A stretch of 64,000 nucleotides of DNA, from contig CM075984.1 of assembly GCA_038087875.1 (NCBI GenBank), positions 44,950,001 to 45,014,000 of the forward strand, written 5' to 3'. The notes under the pieces were generated by a model. The model saw nothing but the letters and a program-made list of their open reading frames with translations. It made no database searches and was not told where the DNA came from. The stretch is from Malacoraja senta (taxonomy: Eukaryota). Positions 11,730-25,400 of this stretch are shown piece by piece; the first letter of the stretch is position 1; every line of letters begins with the position of its first letter. A program made the position numbers and the translations under genes.

Positions 11730-12265
11730 AAGCTTTTTATTGGGATGCATCACAGCATGGTTTGGGAACAGCTCCATCCAAGACCGCAATAAATTGCAGG
11801 GAGTTGTGGACGCAGCCCAGACCATCACGCACACTAACCTCCTTTCCATTGACTCCATCTGCATTTCGCGCTGCCTCAGTAAAGCCACCAGCATGATCAA
11901 GGACCAGTTTAACACCGGTCATTCCCTCTTCTCTCCTCTTTCCCATCAGGCAATGGTACAGACATTTGAAAACACATCCTACAGATTCAGGGACAATTTC
12001 TTCCCAGCTGTTGTCAGGCAACTGAACCACCCATGCACCAACCATAAAACGGTCCTGACCTCCACTTACCTCATTGAAGACCTTTGAATTGTCTTTAATT
12101 GGACTTCACTGGACTTTATCTTCCACTAAACGTTATTCCCTTTATCCTATAGCTGTACACTGTGGACAGCTTGATTGTAATCATGTATGTCATTGACTGA
12201 GTAGGACGCAACAAAACTTCTCACTGTACCTCGTTACACGCGACAATAATAAATGAATAAACTAA
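11730..12265 (+). mobile_element. Rex1/Babar-type LINE 3' fragment
   Basis: ORF 11740..12087 reads CITAWFGNS..DR.KLQ.VV.AAQ...GHSLF.PL...RFRDNFFP, followed by the 3' UTR. Confidence 0.85.
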
Positions 12266-12492
12266 TGCAAAAGCAAATATATTTTAAATGATCCCAAGAT
12301 GCTTTTGGTACTTCATGTTTATCAAGTTCATGTTTATGGTGTAATGCCAGCAGCAACTGGGAATACCTGGCATCAACAAATGTTGTTTGGCCATTTCATG
12401 AAGTGCACTACCAATCCTCCATATAAATAACTATTTATCATTATACTTTTGGAAGCAGATTTTGACTAATTTTATCGGTGCCCTGGTTTCAA

Positions 12493-12722
12493 GTCATGTC
12501 ATAAGTGAAAGGAGCAGAATCAGGCCATTCAGCCCATCCAGTCTACTCCGCCATTCAATCATGGCTGATCTATCACTCCCTCCTAGCCCCATTCTCCTGC
12601 CTTCTCCCCATAACCCCTGACACCTGTACTAATCAAGAATCCATCTATCTCTGCTTTACAAATATCAATTGACTTGGCCTCCGCAGCCTTCTGTGGCAAA
12701 GAATTCCATAGATTCACCACCC
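12493..12722 (-). mobile_element. CR1 LINE 3' fragment
   Basis: ccattcaatcatggctgatcta...gaattccatagattcaccac. Confidence 0.8.
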
Positions 12723-12968
12723 AGATCCAATATAACTATAATGTAACTCACAGTAGCTTAACCTCCTGTACAAATTAGCATGAACTCAATCATAATTCCA
12801 TTGAATGGTCAAGCTGTACCCAAATGGTAAATTTAAATATAGCGGTCATTTATATTCTATGTAGGAAAATAAGCCAAGGCTCATTAAACGTTGGAAAGTT
12901 GCAATGAAAATGTGTCCACTTCATGAACTGAAACAAAACATTATTAACATGAATATGATGCATAACAG

Positions 12969-13262
12969 CAGCGGAATGGTGGCGTAGCAGTAGCCGCCAG
13001 AGACCCGGGTTCGATCCTGACTACAGGTGCTGTCTATATGGAGTTTGTACGTTCTCCCCGTGACCTGCGTGGGTTTTCTCCAAGATCTTCGGTTTCCTCC
13101 CACACTCCAAAGATGTACAGGTTTGTAGGTTAATTGGCTTGGTATAAATGTAACTTGACCCTAGTGTGTGCAGGATAGTGTTAGTGTGCAGGGATCGCTG
13201 GTCGGTGCAGACTCGGTGGGCCGAAGGGCCTGTTTCTGCATTGTATCTCTAAACTAAACGAA
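12969..13262 (+). mobile_element. HE1/V-SINE-like element
   Basis: tRNA-like head (ggttcgatcc), conserved body and (ctaaa) tail. Confidence 0.88.
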
Positions 13263-13974
13263 ACAAAAGCAGCTTGAGATACGTTCAAATATAAGAAAAG
13301 ATAGCATCAAAAGAACACTAAGAAGCCCATGTTTGTACCCATGACATTCTTCCTTAGTGAGGTTTGATGTAGCCAATTGCTTTTGTCTGGACAGGGCCCA
13401 GTCTAGGGATAATGAAGCTAGGAGAAAACAGGAAAGATAGCAATTAGTAAAGAGATCAAGTACAGGAAAGCAATAACTCTCCATGGGATTACAAATTCTT
13501 CACGATAGGAACAAATGAAAAAGGGAGCGAAGCCATAAGTACCACCAGTGGACATGCCACGAAGTTTAATTAAACAAGGAATTAAGGAATTAAAGGCAGC
13601 TCTTTCTGCTCTGACCTTTACTGGGATTTCAGGAAATATTTGGCTTTGTTAAGGCAGTGATGTATGAACACTTCAACCAATTTCATAGGGAACTAAACAC
13701 AGCATGACGTGACATTTTAGCGAGATCTCTTTCACTTTAAACCAATTATGGAAGTGCAATTGTTGATATAGAGTTGATAAATGCGTAAGCAGTGGTGCTT
13801 GAAATATAAATTTATGAGGTAGCTCCTATTTTGTAGAGTTGGAGAGAATAATTTTCAAAGATAACTGTCCTGCACCAGAGTATTTTATCTCAAAACCAAA
13901 AAATATTTCTCTGTCCTAAATTATTGCTTCTGCAAATATTAGTATGTCTGAAAGCATTTGTGAAGGAAAATCTT

Positions 13975-14495
13975 TAGTTATTTCGTTTTATTTAAAGATA
14001 GTGTGGAAACAGGCCCATCGGCCCACCGAGTCCATGACGACCATCGATCACCCCTTGGTACAGATGCTATGTTGTCCCACTTTGAATGAATGAATGAATA
14101 AATGAATGAATGAATAAGTTTATTGGCCAAGTATTCACATACAAGGAATTTGCCTTGGTTCTCCGCCCGCAAGTGACAACGACATACAGTGACAGTTAGG
14201 AATGACACATAAAACATTAAACATTAATAATAAAACATTATTGATTAAACATGTGAATTAAGTAAAATACCAGAGCAAAAGGACGTCCATTCCTTACACA
14301 GTATGGGGTAATTTATAGAGGCTAATTAACCTACAAACCCACATGCCTTTGGAATGTGAGAGGGAAGCTGAGTACCTGGAGGAAACTCACGCGGTCACAG
14401 GGGGATCGTGCAAACTCCACACAGACAGCACCTCAGGTCAGGATCGAACCCGAATCACCGGCGCTGTGAGGCAGCAGCTCTACCTCTGTGCCGCT
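13975..14495 (-). mobile_element. HE1/V-SINE-like element with a nested LINE-tail insertion (about 14082-14282, (tgaa)n)
   Basis: The SINE body breaks at gtcccacttt and resumes at ccattccttacac. Confidence 0.8.
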
Positions 14496-14964
14496 GAGGA
14501 TGGATAATAAGCTGTGAGGCTGACAACTGAAAAAAAAGTTTCAAACGTACTACTGTTTGATAAACCTTTCCAATTGTGAACGAGGGATTGTCAAACAATG
14601 GCTGGTTGTTCTGAATTAACAGTTTGATACAGTTCAAGATATATTATTCTGCTTGTTGGAAACAACAGTGATAATGGACAATTACGAATCCCACAATTAT
14701 GCTGGAGCAATTATTTATTATTATGTTAATTTTTTTTTTAAAGCATATCCTGGAAATTGGAAATACAAACAGAAAATGGTGTAAACATTTTGCACATCAA
14801 ACAGTGTAACCGTGAGGAAAAAGAAGTTAAGGTTTAAGGTCTAAGTTCCATTAGAACAGAAAAAAAGAGAAAAGTAGAAAAAACAAAATGCTGGAAATCT
14901 AAATTAAAAGCAGGTAATATTCAACTGGCCAGACCACATCTGTGGGAAGAGAAACTGATTTTAA

Positions 14965-15095
14965 CAAAGAAGGGTCTCAACATGAAACATCACCTGTCCA
15001 TTCCCTCCAGAGATCCTGCCTGAGCCGTTAAGTTACCGCCGCACTTCGTGTTCTCCACAAGATTCCAGCATCTGCAGTTCCTTGTGCCTACATGT
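14965..15095 (+). mobile_element. Penelope-like terminal repeat (older copy)
   Basis: aagaagggtctcaacatgaaacatcacc...gcatctgcagttcctt. Confidence 0.7.
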
Positions 15096-16130
15096 GACTA
15101 CTCCACTGCAAAGAGTCTTTAACCTGTTTCTCTTCCCATAGATGAGACCTGACCTTTTGAGTATTTCCACCTTTTTCAGTTTTTATTTTTACTTTGGCAT
15201 CTCAGCTCAGACTGCTGTTCATGTATGAAAGAACACAAGCTTGTTTTCAACCTTTCCCAATTCTGGCCAATGGCCCTGGACCTGAAATGTTAGTTCTCTT
15301 TCGCTTCCTGCACATATTGCCTCGTCTGCTGAGTGTTTCTGGGGGGGGGGGTTTCTTTGCTTTTATTTCAGATTTCCATCAGCTGCAGCTTTTTTGACTT
15401 TCCCTCTTTTTTAAAGCTTTCATTGTCCCCTGAGATCACACTAACTGGAGCGCCAGGCGACCTTCCAGCTACTTAAAATGGCGCCATAGGTCAAGGGACG
15501 TTTAAAGACTATTTGAATCAATCTGGACAAATACGGAAATAAAATGTATTTAAAATATTAATTTCATTAAAAATATTAAGACACAAAGAAATAATATAAA
15601 AACTAACATAAAGTAACATCATTGAAGCACCCCCATTAAAAATGAACAGAGTCACAACTTGCATAGCCGCCCTCCCTGGCATTAAGCTGAGGGTCAGATG
15701 TGATGTCCTCGCAGTCCCACCCCCTGAGTGATTCAATATCCCATGTCTGGGTTTGATGGCGAGTTCAAAAGCAGAGCAGAGAGTCAAATGCACTGGCAAA
15801 TGACCTCCAGTTCATTTCAGGCTTCTGCCCTTTCACTGTTGAAAGCAAACAAGGCGATGACCTCGGGGCCCCCAGTCATCTGTCCAAGTCTCTTACCCGC
15901 CCGCCTCCACAACCCTCGGAGTATGGTCCTATAGGATCTTTGGTTGCCGGTGCAATCTGGACAATCATCTATCGGCTGCCCGGCCCACGACGCTGGCTTC
16001 ACCTCCCGTTGGAGTGCCAGAAATAGCAGAATTCAAGCCCTTAAACCTGGTACAAAGCCCGTGGTCTACCGACATGAACTATCTCTAGCAAGTATCTTAA
16101 AAACACTGCAAAAAACCCCCACTAATACCA

Positions 16131-16260
16131 CAGAAGAAGGATCTCAACCTGAAACGTCACCTATTCCTTTTCCCCAGAGATGCTGTCTGACCCACTGCGT
16201 TACTCCAGCTTTTTGTGTCTATCTTCCGTTTAAAACAGCATCTGCAGTTCCTTCCTACAC
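16131..16260 (+). mobile_element. Penelope-like terminal repeat
   Basis: Family consensus; ccactaatac is duplicated on both flanks. Confidence 0.8.
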
Positions 16261-16381
16261 CACTAATACTATCTCTCGACAGTCCTGCGAATCCATTGGC
16301 AGGGTACGTTGAAGAACAAAAATGTATTCTTCTAACTAATACATCTAACTAAGAGAGTTAGATGTATTCAAGAGAGAGTTA

Positions 16382-17143
16382 AAGCCCTGTCCCACGGTAC
16401 ATAGATACATAGATACATAGAAAATAGGTGCAGGAGTAGGCCATTCGGCCCTTCGAGCCTGCACCGCCATTCAATATGATCATGGCTGATCATCCAACTC
16501 AGTATCCCGTACCTGCCTTCTCTCCATACCGCCTGATCCCTTTAGCCACAAGGGCCACATCTAACTCCCTCTTAAATATAGCCAATGAATTGGCCTCAAC
16601 TACCCTCTGTGGCAGAGAGTTCCAGAGATTCACCACTCTCTGTGTGAAATTTTTTTTTCTCATCTCGGTCTTAAAGGATTTCCTCCTTATCCTTAAGCTG
16701 TGACCCCTTGTCCTGGACTTCCCCAACATCGGGAACAATCTTCCTGCATCTAGCCTGTCCAACCCCATAAGAATTTTGTAAGTTTCTATAAGATCCCCTC
16801 TCAATCTCCTAAATTCTAGCGAGTATAAGTACCTGTTCATTCCAAGAGCTCTCCCGAGTTTGCCTTGATTCGAATTCTGAGATTTACGGTAATGGCCACT
16901 CGTCGGTACTCGGGGCTCTTGTGGACATTTTTCAACATGTTGAAAAATCTTCACGAGTCTTCCCGTGCTTACCTGCCATTAGCGAGTCTTCCCGAGTACC
17001 TGCCGTTAGCGTTACGAGCCGCTAAGAGATGTCCCCGAGCTCCGACGTACCCGCTATGTTCATTCTCCGTGCTTACCATGAGTTCGATTTTTTTTTAACT
17101 CGGGAGAGCTCTTGGAATGAACTCGTACCGTGGGACAGGGCTA
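16382..17143. mobile_element. PIF/Harbinger-like MITE, interrupted by CR1
   Basis: TIRs of about 46 bp (agccctgtcccacggtac..ttcattccaagagctctcccgagtt and its reverse complement) and a 3-bp TTA TSD at 16379-16381 and 17144-17146. Confidence 0.8.
16401..16828 (-). mobile_element. Young CR1 LINE 3' fragment
   Basis: ORF 16499..16954 reads LYSLEFRRLRGDLIETYKIL.GLD...FTQRVVNLWNSLP; tandem tail. Confidence 0.92.
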
Positions 17144-17300
17144 TTAGATATAGCTCTGAGGGCTAGGATTCAGGGGATATGAGGTGAAAGCAGGAATGGG
17201 GTAATGATTTTGGATGATCAGCCATGATCATATTGTATGGCGGTGCTGGCTCAAAGGGCACAATGGCCTACTCCTGCACCTATTTTCTATGTTTCTATGC
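17144..17300 (+). mobile_element. CR1 3' UTR (host of the MITE; 5' part at about 16365-16381)
   Basis: ttcaagagagag|tta|gatatagctct rejoins across the MITE. Confidence 0.8.
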
Positions 17301-17593
17301 AACGGTGTTCCATTCAGTCCACTGTGCCTGCTATAGTTTCCCGAAAGATCATGGCTGACCTTTTACCTCAGAAAGAAGACACAAAGTGCTGGAGTAACAC
17401 AGTGGGTCAGGCAGCATCTCTGGATAGATAGTTGACCTCAGTACCACTTTCCTCTACAAATCCTCTAACTCTTGATCGCCTTATGATTTAAACCAATGTC
17501 ACCACCCTCCCTCCTAGGCAAACATTGCCATGATTAAACCCCAATTACACAGTTTGCAGACCAATTCTTTCACCAGATGCTCAAGCTTGTTGA

Positions 17594-18050
17594 GTAGGAA
17601 GGAACTGCAGATGCGGGTTTATACCAAAGATAGACACACAATGCTGGAGTAACTCAGCGGGTCAGGCAGCATCTCTGAAGAGAAGGAAAACGTGACTTTT
17701 CGGGTGGCAACCCTTCTTCAGACTGATAAGAAGGACAGAACAAATCAGGGCCGGCAACAGGTGACAGGAAGGGTGGCGTCCATTCTGGCCCATTGTTGGC
17801 TGGGGAAGATGTGCTAACAACAGAGATACAAGGATGCGAACAGTGGAACTAGCAGGACAACTGGGGTGGGGGAGTTGAGGATGGAATACAGGAGTTACTT
17901 GAAATTACAGAAATCAATGTTCATACTGCTGGTTTGTAAGTTCCCCAAGCGAAATATGAGGTGCTGTTCCTCCAATTTGGTTGTACCTTCACTCTGACAG
18001 TGGAGGAGGCCTTGGACCGAAAGATCAGTATGGGAATGGGTTTGCCAAAG
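17594..18050 (-). mobile_element. Penelope-like element 3' end: GIY-YIG endonuclease C-terminus plus terminal repeat
   Basis: HTDLSV.GLLHCQSE.T.KLEEQHLIFRLG.LQ...MNIDF.NF (ORF 17895..18095) is contiguous with the abundant CTGAAGAAGGG...CCCGAAA repeat. Confidence 0.85.
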
Positions 18051-18380
18051 TGTTTGGTAACCAGGAGATTGCATAAGCCAAGGGGGAATGAGCATAAATA
18101 TTCAGCAAAATGATCGCTAAGTCAAACTAGTTGCTCTACTTTGAGCCTCACCATGACAAGAGATTATTAGGTAACAAAGGGATGATTTAAGGATGTTGTC
18201 AGAAAAGGGTGCCTGTCCAATGACCATTCAAAATGGAGAAGAATCCCCAATGGCCTCCAGTCCATTTACTGGGAGCTTATGTAGCCCAAGAGCAAAGGTT
18301 GGAAGGGATCACTATCTCACGAACTACCTGTCCACCTGCCCCAACACTCTCACCCCACCTGCATAACATACATAGCATAG

Positions 18381-18672
18381 GGCGGCATGGTGGCGCAGTG
18401 GTAGAATTGCTGCCTTACAGAGCAAGAGACCCGGGTTTGATCGTGACTACAGGTCCAGTCTGTACGGAGTTTGTTCATTCTCTATGTAACCTGCATGGGA
18501 TTTCCCCAGGAGCTCTGGTTTCCTGCCACACTCCAAAGACGTACAGGTTTGTAGGTTAATTGGCTCAGTAAAATTGTAAATTGTCCCTAGTGTGTATAGG
18601 ATAATGTTAAGGTGCGGGGATCGCTGGTCGGCGCGGACTCGACTTAGACTGTATCTCTAAACTAAACTAAAC
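18381..18672 (+). mobile_element. HE1/V-SINE-like element
   Basis: ggcggcatggtggcgcagtggtaga A-box head and (ctaaa)n tail. Confidence 0.88.
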
Positions 18673-19314
18673 GAAATTCCTCTCAATCTATCCTATCCAA
18701 GTTCCTGTCCGATTGTTCTTTAAATGCTGTGAAAGGTCGCACTTTGGCCTCATCATTGGCCCTAGAATCCATAGAACTGGAGTGGAATTAAATTATCCTC
18801 AATCACAACCGACGGTCTAAAAAAGAGGATTGCATACAAAACTCAAGTCTTCATGCTTGATAAAATTTGTCGGTGGAGTGGCTTCATGTACAACTGCTGT
18901 GGGCCCATGGAATGCACCTAAGCTCTTGCTCCTAAAAATGGGCCACACCACTTTGTACAGCTAAACCTCAGGCCATATCCTCCTGTTCATTAAGTTCAGT
19001 GTAATGCAATGAATTGGATTGCAGAGCTGTGAAGTTGTGCCAGTGTTGATCATTTGAATTTAGCTCATTGCCACAGGCAGCATAAGGCATTGGCTGAACC
19101 ATTACCTGTACCCTGATTCATCATTATGTTGTCCAGTGCCCGTCCACATTACCTATCCAGAAGGTTTGACAGAAGTTCACAAAGAGTACAACAGCGTGCA
19201 GATGTTGCAAAATCCACTTGTTTTTCACGGCACTCCCAGGTCTCAAAGCAACAGAAGTATCTCCCATGCGAAGAGACATTTGGTTTACTGCCTCTATTCC
19301 TGCCTCCCAATTAG

Positions 19315-19455
19315 AAGGTAGACACAAAATGAAGGTAGAAAATCTCTGGAGAAAAGGAATAGGTGACGTTTCGGTTCGAGACCCTTCTTCCGACCGAGAG
19401 TCAGGGGAGATGGAAACGAGAGATATAGGAGGTACGTAGACCAAATCAATGCAAT
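19315..19455 (-). mobile_element. Penelope-like terminal repeat
   Basis: ggaataggtgacgtttcggttcgagacccttcttc. Confidence 0.75.
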
Positions 19456-22400
19456 ATATCTGAAGATGTGTGTGTGCTCCAGATAGTTACGGCAAATGGA
19501 GTACCGGCTCTAAATTCTGCGTTGATATGCTGTAGAATATTCATATCTGATGGGTCTGATTGTATCTTCTCCAGCCCTTTGGCCCAAGTACCCTACACAC
19601 AAGACTAGGAGGGTTACAGCTGTGGAAAAGGCACACATTCAGGGTCTTTCAAGACTATTAATCACCCTGTGAATCTTTCCACTGCTCCCCATTATTGCCC
19701 AAGGGTGAGAGATTTTTTTTAAAGCAACATTGTCTGTTCTTCCACAGCTGCTAGGCTGTCAGCGCAAATGTTTAAAAAAAAATATAATCCTTAAAAGGCA
19801 CATTGAGTGTGTGGAAGAAGATACTCACAAAAAGATGTGTCATTTAAAAGCATAAGAAAATTTCACTTATAGATCTGAATTTTTTTTTTACTTTTCAATT
19901 AAATACTTTATTAACCTAGACAGCCACACCATGGGTCTAAAAGTTGTTTCTGAGGAGATCCATTAATCACATTCATTGTGTTTCATTTTCCACTTTTCTT
20001 TGTCCCATTTCATTTGTGAATGCTTATCAAAAAAAAAAGTTAAAAAAAATTAAAAAGATTTTGCTGGCCCCATAATAAAGCTAATTCAGATAAATCCTTA
20101 AACAAAATTCCAACATGTACAAGATAGTATAATGTTTCCAGCTGAAAGTACCGGAAAAAAAAATTTGCAGTCTGCCAAAAGCCACCTGTTCTCTAAACGA
20201 AACCAAACTTCTCATTCTAAAGAACCAGAACTATCATTTTTACTTGCCTGAAAACTAGGCATGCTTTAGTAACTCCGATACCCCATCACTGGATCAGAGT
20301 TAATGACAAATGACACTTTCCTCTTTGTGGTTCTCAGGATTTTTGTTGACATATTTGGCTCCTTTTGTTGGGGCCTAAGAAGTGGCCTATGGCAGAACCC
20401 TATTCTGCCAATTTCCACGCTCCATCTGTGGTATACATCAACAGGCCCTTCCTCACAGTAAGCATTCTGACACCTGCCCAGCACAAAGAGACACTTAAGA
20501 GGAATGGAGTAGAATAGTTGAGGGCTGGAGAAGAAAACTCAGCAGGGGTTAATCCAGCTCCCTGTTTTAGGATCACAAAGCACCTGGAGGCACTCATGTC
20601 ATGCAACGTTTCCATGTACTCCTTTTAACACAAGAAGTTGCTTTATCGGCGGCAAGTGTTAGTTTTTGCGTCTTGTTGCAAACAACATATATGTATTGCA
20701 GAAGGTACTGTTTTGGGGATTTTGGATTATCCATAACTTGCGATAATGCAAAAGTTTACATTTTTTATAACGGATGGTTTGGCTTTTATGTTCGTTTCGG
20801 GGAGGAAAGAGTGGCAGCGTGGCCGCTCGATAAAAATCTATCGAAGTGCTTTCAAGCTTTTTAAACTCGTGTGTCTTCAGTGAAGATGCATTTAATTTCC
20901 GCCATCCCCCCAACCAACTTTCCCTTCTTCCATTTTCCTGAGTCTCAGCTCCACAGCAAGGGGTCATTAATAACAAAATAACCCCTTGACAGCTCGGTGC
21001 TAACCAAAATGGTACAAATAAACTCTGACATCCAACAACTCCCACAGTGGTTTTACTGTGGGTGGAGAATACAGATTAAATATGAATATAGTAAACAACG
21101 GGAGACAAGTTCAGAAGGTCTAAAGTCAAGCAGGAGCTCCCCTCCAGCCTTACTGCATATAGGTTGATGGTTAACTCAAAACAAACATTGTTCAAACCAA
21201 TTTCAATTATTAAATCCAAGTGCAAGTTACAAAAGAGCACCCCTACTTTAAACTAGATTTACAAAAAAACATTTCTGTGCTGTCTGTTTCAATTCAAACG
21301 CTGATTGGAAGGATTTATAGTTGAAATCAGCCATATATTTTACTCAATTTTAATTTAAAATTTTAAAAAACTTCAAAGTGGCGCTTTACAATCTGTCACT
21401 TCCCTTTCCGTAACCTTAAAAATATGGCAGCATTGGGTATAATGTTCTTGCGACTATATTTTTACTGCGGTTTATTTTTTAAAGTCCGTACATTGGACAG
21501 TATATGAGAAAATCACAGCCTTAGCTTTATGCAATTTACCACACATTCTATTCAAACCTAAATATTTTACTGTGGCATTGAATTGAGATGTATGGAAACT
21601 TCCGAAAGAAAAATTAGGAAAGATAAAAAATCATCTAGTCAAAATTTGGATGCATACCATGAATAAAATTCCAGTTGGAAATTTACGTGTGAAAAATCAC
21701 AATTCAAACTTTTTTTTAATCTACTTGACCAGATATAGCAATATTAGCAGAGACATATTAAAGTTAAACAAAAATGCTGGGAATGTACCACCGTGTGTAG
21801 AAGTATCTTTGCGAAGGAAATCCAAATCAGGGAATACAATTAAAAACAGTTGCTTGCATTGTGAGGTGTAGTCCAAGTGAAGGAAATGCTGTAAATAAAG
21901 GCAGCAGTCATCTTCGTTTATATAACTATCAAGCACGAGGCCCTTACAGACCATATGTGCTCCAAACACAGTTGCTATCATAGGCAAGCCACTGAGTCTT
22001 TTGGGAGCTGTTAATGAACTGGGTAATTGAGCTGTCGACATGTGTTACCAAAACAAAACAAAAGGGAAAAAAGACAAATGAACAATTTATTTGCAGATCA
22101 GACCAGTTTAGCTTCTCAGCAAATGGAACAAAGTGATTGACTGAGTACATATAACAGTACATTGAACTAAAGCAGATGTACTCATGGCTATGATGGGGTA
22201 ACAGCTTCTGGCCCATCTGTGCCTCGCGTTCTGCTGCTGGGGCTACATGATCCACTAAAGATTTTAATTTTACACCTGCCTAGGTTGCCTTTAAAATTGA
22301 TAAATCGTAGGTAAAAGTACTTCATAAATATTGTAGCGAAAGAGCATCAAGCGTTTATTAAAAATTTAACGTCTCCACTGCCTGATAATCTAAAGCTATT

Positions 22401-25400
22401 AAAGTGGGACATAATGAAATCATTTCACTTTATTTAATGGCGTGCACCCACTAAGTAATAATATGTTTAGTTTAGAGTTAAACTCATTTAGGTTATTTAA
22501 AATGTAAATAAACATCTAGAGCCTATACAAGACGGGAGCATGTTGGCCAAACATGAAGTTTGTTGTTTATTAACCCATTCACCACCAAAAAAAATATTAT
22601 CTGTTTTTTTTCAATGTAATTACTATAACATAATTTGTAAATTACATGTAAAGTACATGTTAATTCATAAATTAAAGTATCATTCATTCACTCATTCACA
22701 AAATAAATATTAATAACCCCCACCAACTTCTAGCTATTTGGGGTTCTAATAAATCTGCTGTAACAGATATGATTGTATATGTTATTGTGTTCAAAATTAG
22801 ATGTAGGATGTTGCAAAATTGTGTTGGGTTTCAGAAATTATAAAACGTGGAAACTCGGATTGGATGATGGCTGCAAAGCATTGAAAAGAGTTGACTATTG
22901 GCCTTTTACCCTTACTGAGTTTCTCCTCTCCATTAGGAACAGATTTGCTTTTGAAATCATTTTGTCTTTGTTGCCAAAATGTTACAAGAAGAAACATGCA
23001 ACAATGTTTTAAAGTTCACTCAACTGTATCTAATGGCCTCTTTCTACGATTACTGTTTATTTTTTAGGGGGTGGGGAGCATTGAAGGAAGCATGATTGCA
23101 AATAGATATGATCGCAGCAACAATCAACAGTCACATGTGGAGATCGGACACATGTTTCACTCTGGTGTGGAACCACAAACAAATTTCCAATTGGCACCAC
23201 CCCAGGAAAGTTTGTTTATGTCATGCCAGAGAGCAGGACAATTAGAAAAAGCCATGTTGAAAAGCATAAAATGGACATTTTTATGGCCTCTCGGGGCCAT
23301 ATGAAAGTTGAATTTTAATTACGTATAACATGCAAAACTGATAGTTCTAATGACACCATAGAATTCCTTTTCACTATGATGCCAATCCCCCCCTTTCCCC
23401 CCCCCCCCCCCTTGTTCTTTGATTTTGTATTCTGATGTGGATTAATGAACCGTGAAAACATTTACTTTTTAAACATAGGAATGCTGAATATTTCCCTTGC
23501 TGGGGAAACTGCAAATTTACCATGAAAGTTCTATATGCAGGCCCCTGGTGTTAACATCAAAAAACAGCCTCCCCACAGTTTGTGCCCCATAACTATGGAA
23601 ATAACTGTGCTGTTATTCACACTCGTTTCCTCGCATAAATCTGGTTATTGAACGTTATAAGTGTTGATTGTAATTACAGAAATCTCGCTGTGTACATTTC
23701 AGGGATTATACTTTTCACTGCCAGTCAAAAGTAAATGATCAGTTAATTGAAACTCAAACTGGGCAACACTGATAGAAATTGACCTTATGATAAACTTTGA
23801 CCTGGCTGAATGTTCCAAGCATGCCTTCAAAAGTTGTGCTGATAGATTTCCTGCCATCTAGATGAACAACTGGCTACTGGTTGTGCTCCAAATTAAAACC
23901 CAAGAATATTTCACTTTTGATTTCTATATTCTTATGTTTTTCCATCTCTTTTGCAGGGTTTCAGTCAAGTAACACTATAAGCTTGGCTGATAATGCACAT
24001 CAGAGTCTGATGCTAAAGGCCAGTGATTTGAATACATTGTTAACATAAAATACTTTTAATAATAGTTTTAGTTGGCATGAGGTGTTGCAAATGAATCTTT
24101 ATAGATTTAATGTGAACGAATGCTCATGTTATCTTCCTTTTACATCCTGTTTTTTGTTTCATTTTTACTTTTGTTTACTTGAAAGCAAAATATAAAGAGG
24201 GGCACATTGCACCCCTTAATCTAATTTCTTCACCTTTGTCTTCAGAGTAATTAATTGATGGGCCTCTAAATTTTCATTCTCACACTAGAGGTTTCGCTTG
24301 CTTTTTAAAATCGACCGTGTACTTATCGGCTGATATTTTTTCGTGCAGGACCTGCTTCGAAGTTACTTGCAAAGGTGAACAGGCTAACGTAACCGTGTCA
24401 CATGACCACAAGAGGGCAATGGTCACGAACGTCTTTTCAGTGACTTAGTCTGTGCTTCGTTTCTCGTAGACTTGAACAGGTCAACAATTGCCAGCTATAA
24501 ACAAAGAGTTCATTCAGGCATTTTGGATTCACGGTTTATGTTAAAGCACTCCTACAACCGTACATAGTTCATCCAATATCCATATTTCAGTGATGCAGCT
24601 GAGGATGCGGCGCAATTGCTGGAATTCTTTGCACAACGAGCTAACGTGGGGATTATCGTACACCTCAATCACCAAACAATTTCCTGGATCTGATCAATAC
24701 TGTTGAAACACTGTTCCGCTGTAACACTGCACCTTCATCTGAACGAACATCCATTACCATATAAAACAAAACTGTAAAGTGGGTGTTTGACCAAAAATAA
24801 GACATAGCTACTTTCCTGGGAGTCAATGCAATGTGACATTTGTTTGAGGAATACACATGTAATATTAGATCAAATAGTTGAGATGTAAGTGAAATGAAGG
24901 AGAAAATTAATGTTTAACATCATTAATTAACAATAATTACAAAGGTTTATCAACTATCGGCTACCTCCTTGAAATAATCACTGATACACCTTCATAGTCA
25001 TCTGCAAAGTCACTTTAGTTTTTTTTCTAATATGGAGAAATACTATAAATATCTTCTGTGTTATTTAACTTGCTGGTCAGTTCAGCTCAGAACACACCAT
25101 CTCGCAGCACGGATATACTTCATTCAATTTATCCAACCATTTTTTTACTGGGAATGTGTTGTTTATGTTTTTCTTCATCTAACACGAACTGATAATCCAA
25201 ATCAGAACAATCCATATACTTCAATATTAATCTGGTGAAAAACAATTCTGTCTCTAGTACTGATACAATTGATGCTATGTCCCAAATCATCAAGATATCC
25301 AAACCTGGACTTTATTTTCCCAGGTCATGAATTCTAGTTCATGGTACAAATGTTCAAGTTATTATCCTTGAACTGTTCATACTGTATATTTGTTTTTAAG

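Noticed and set aside
18381-18460. tRNA gene
   Set aside because: It is the tRNA-derived head of a SINE and continues into the SINE body and tail; the same applies to the other copies.
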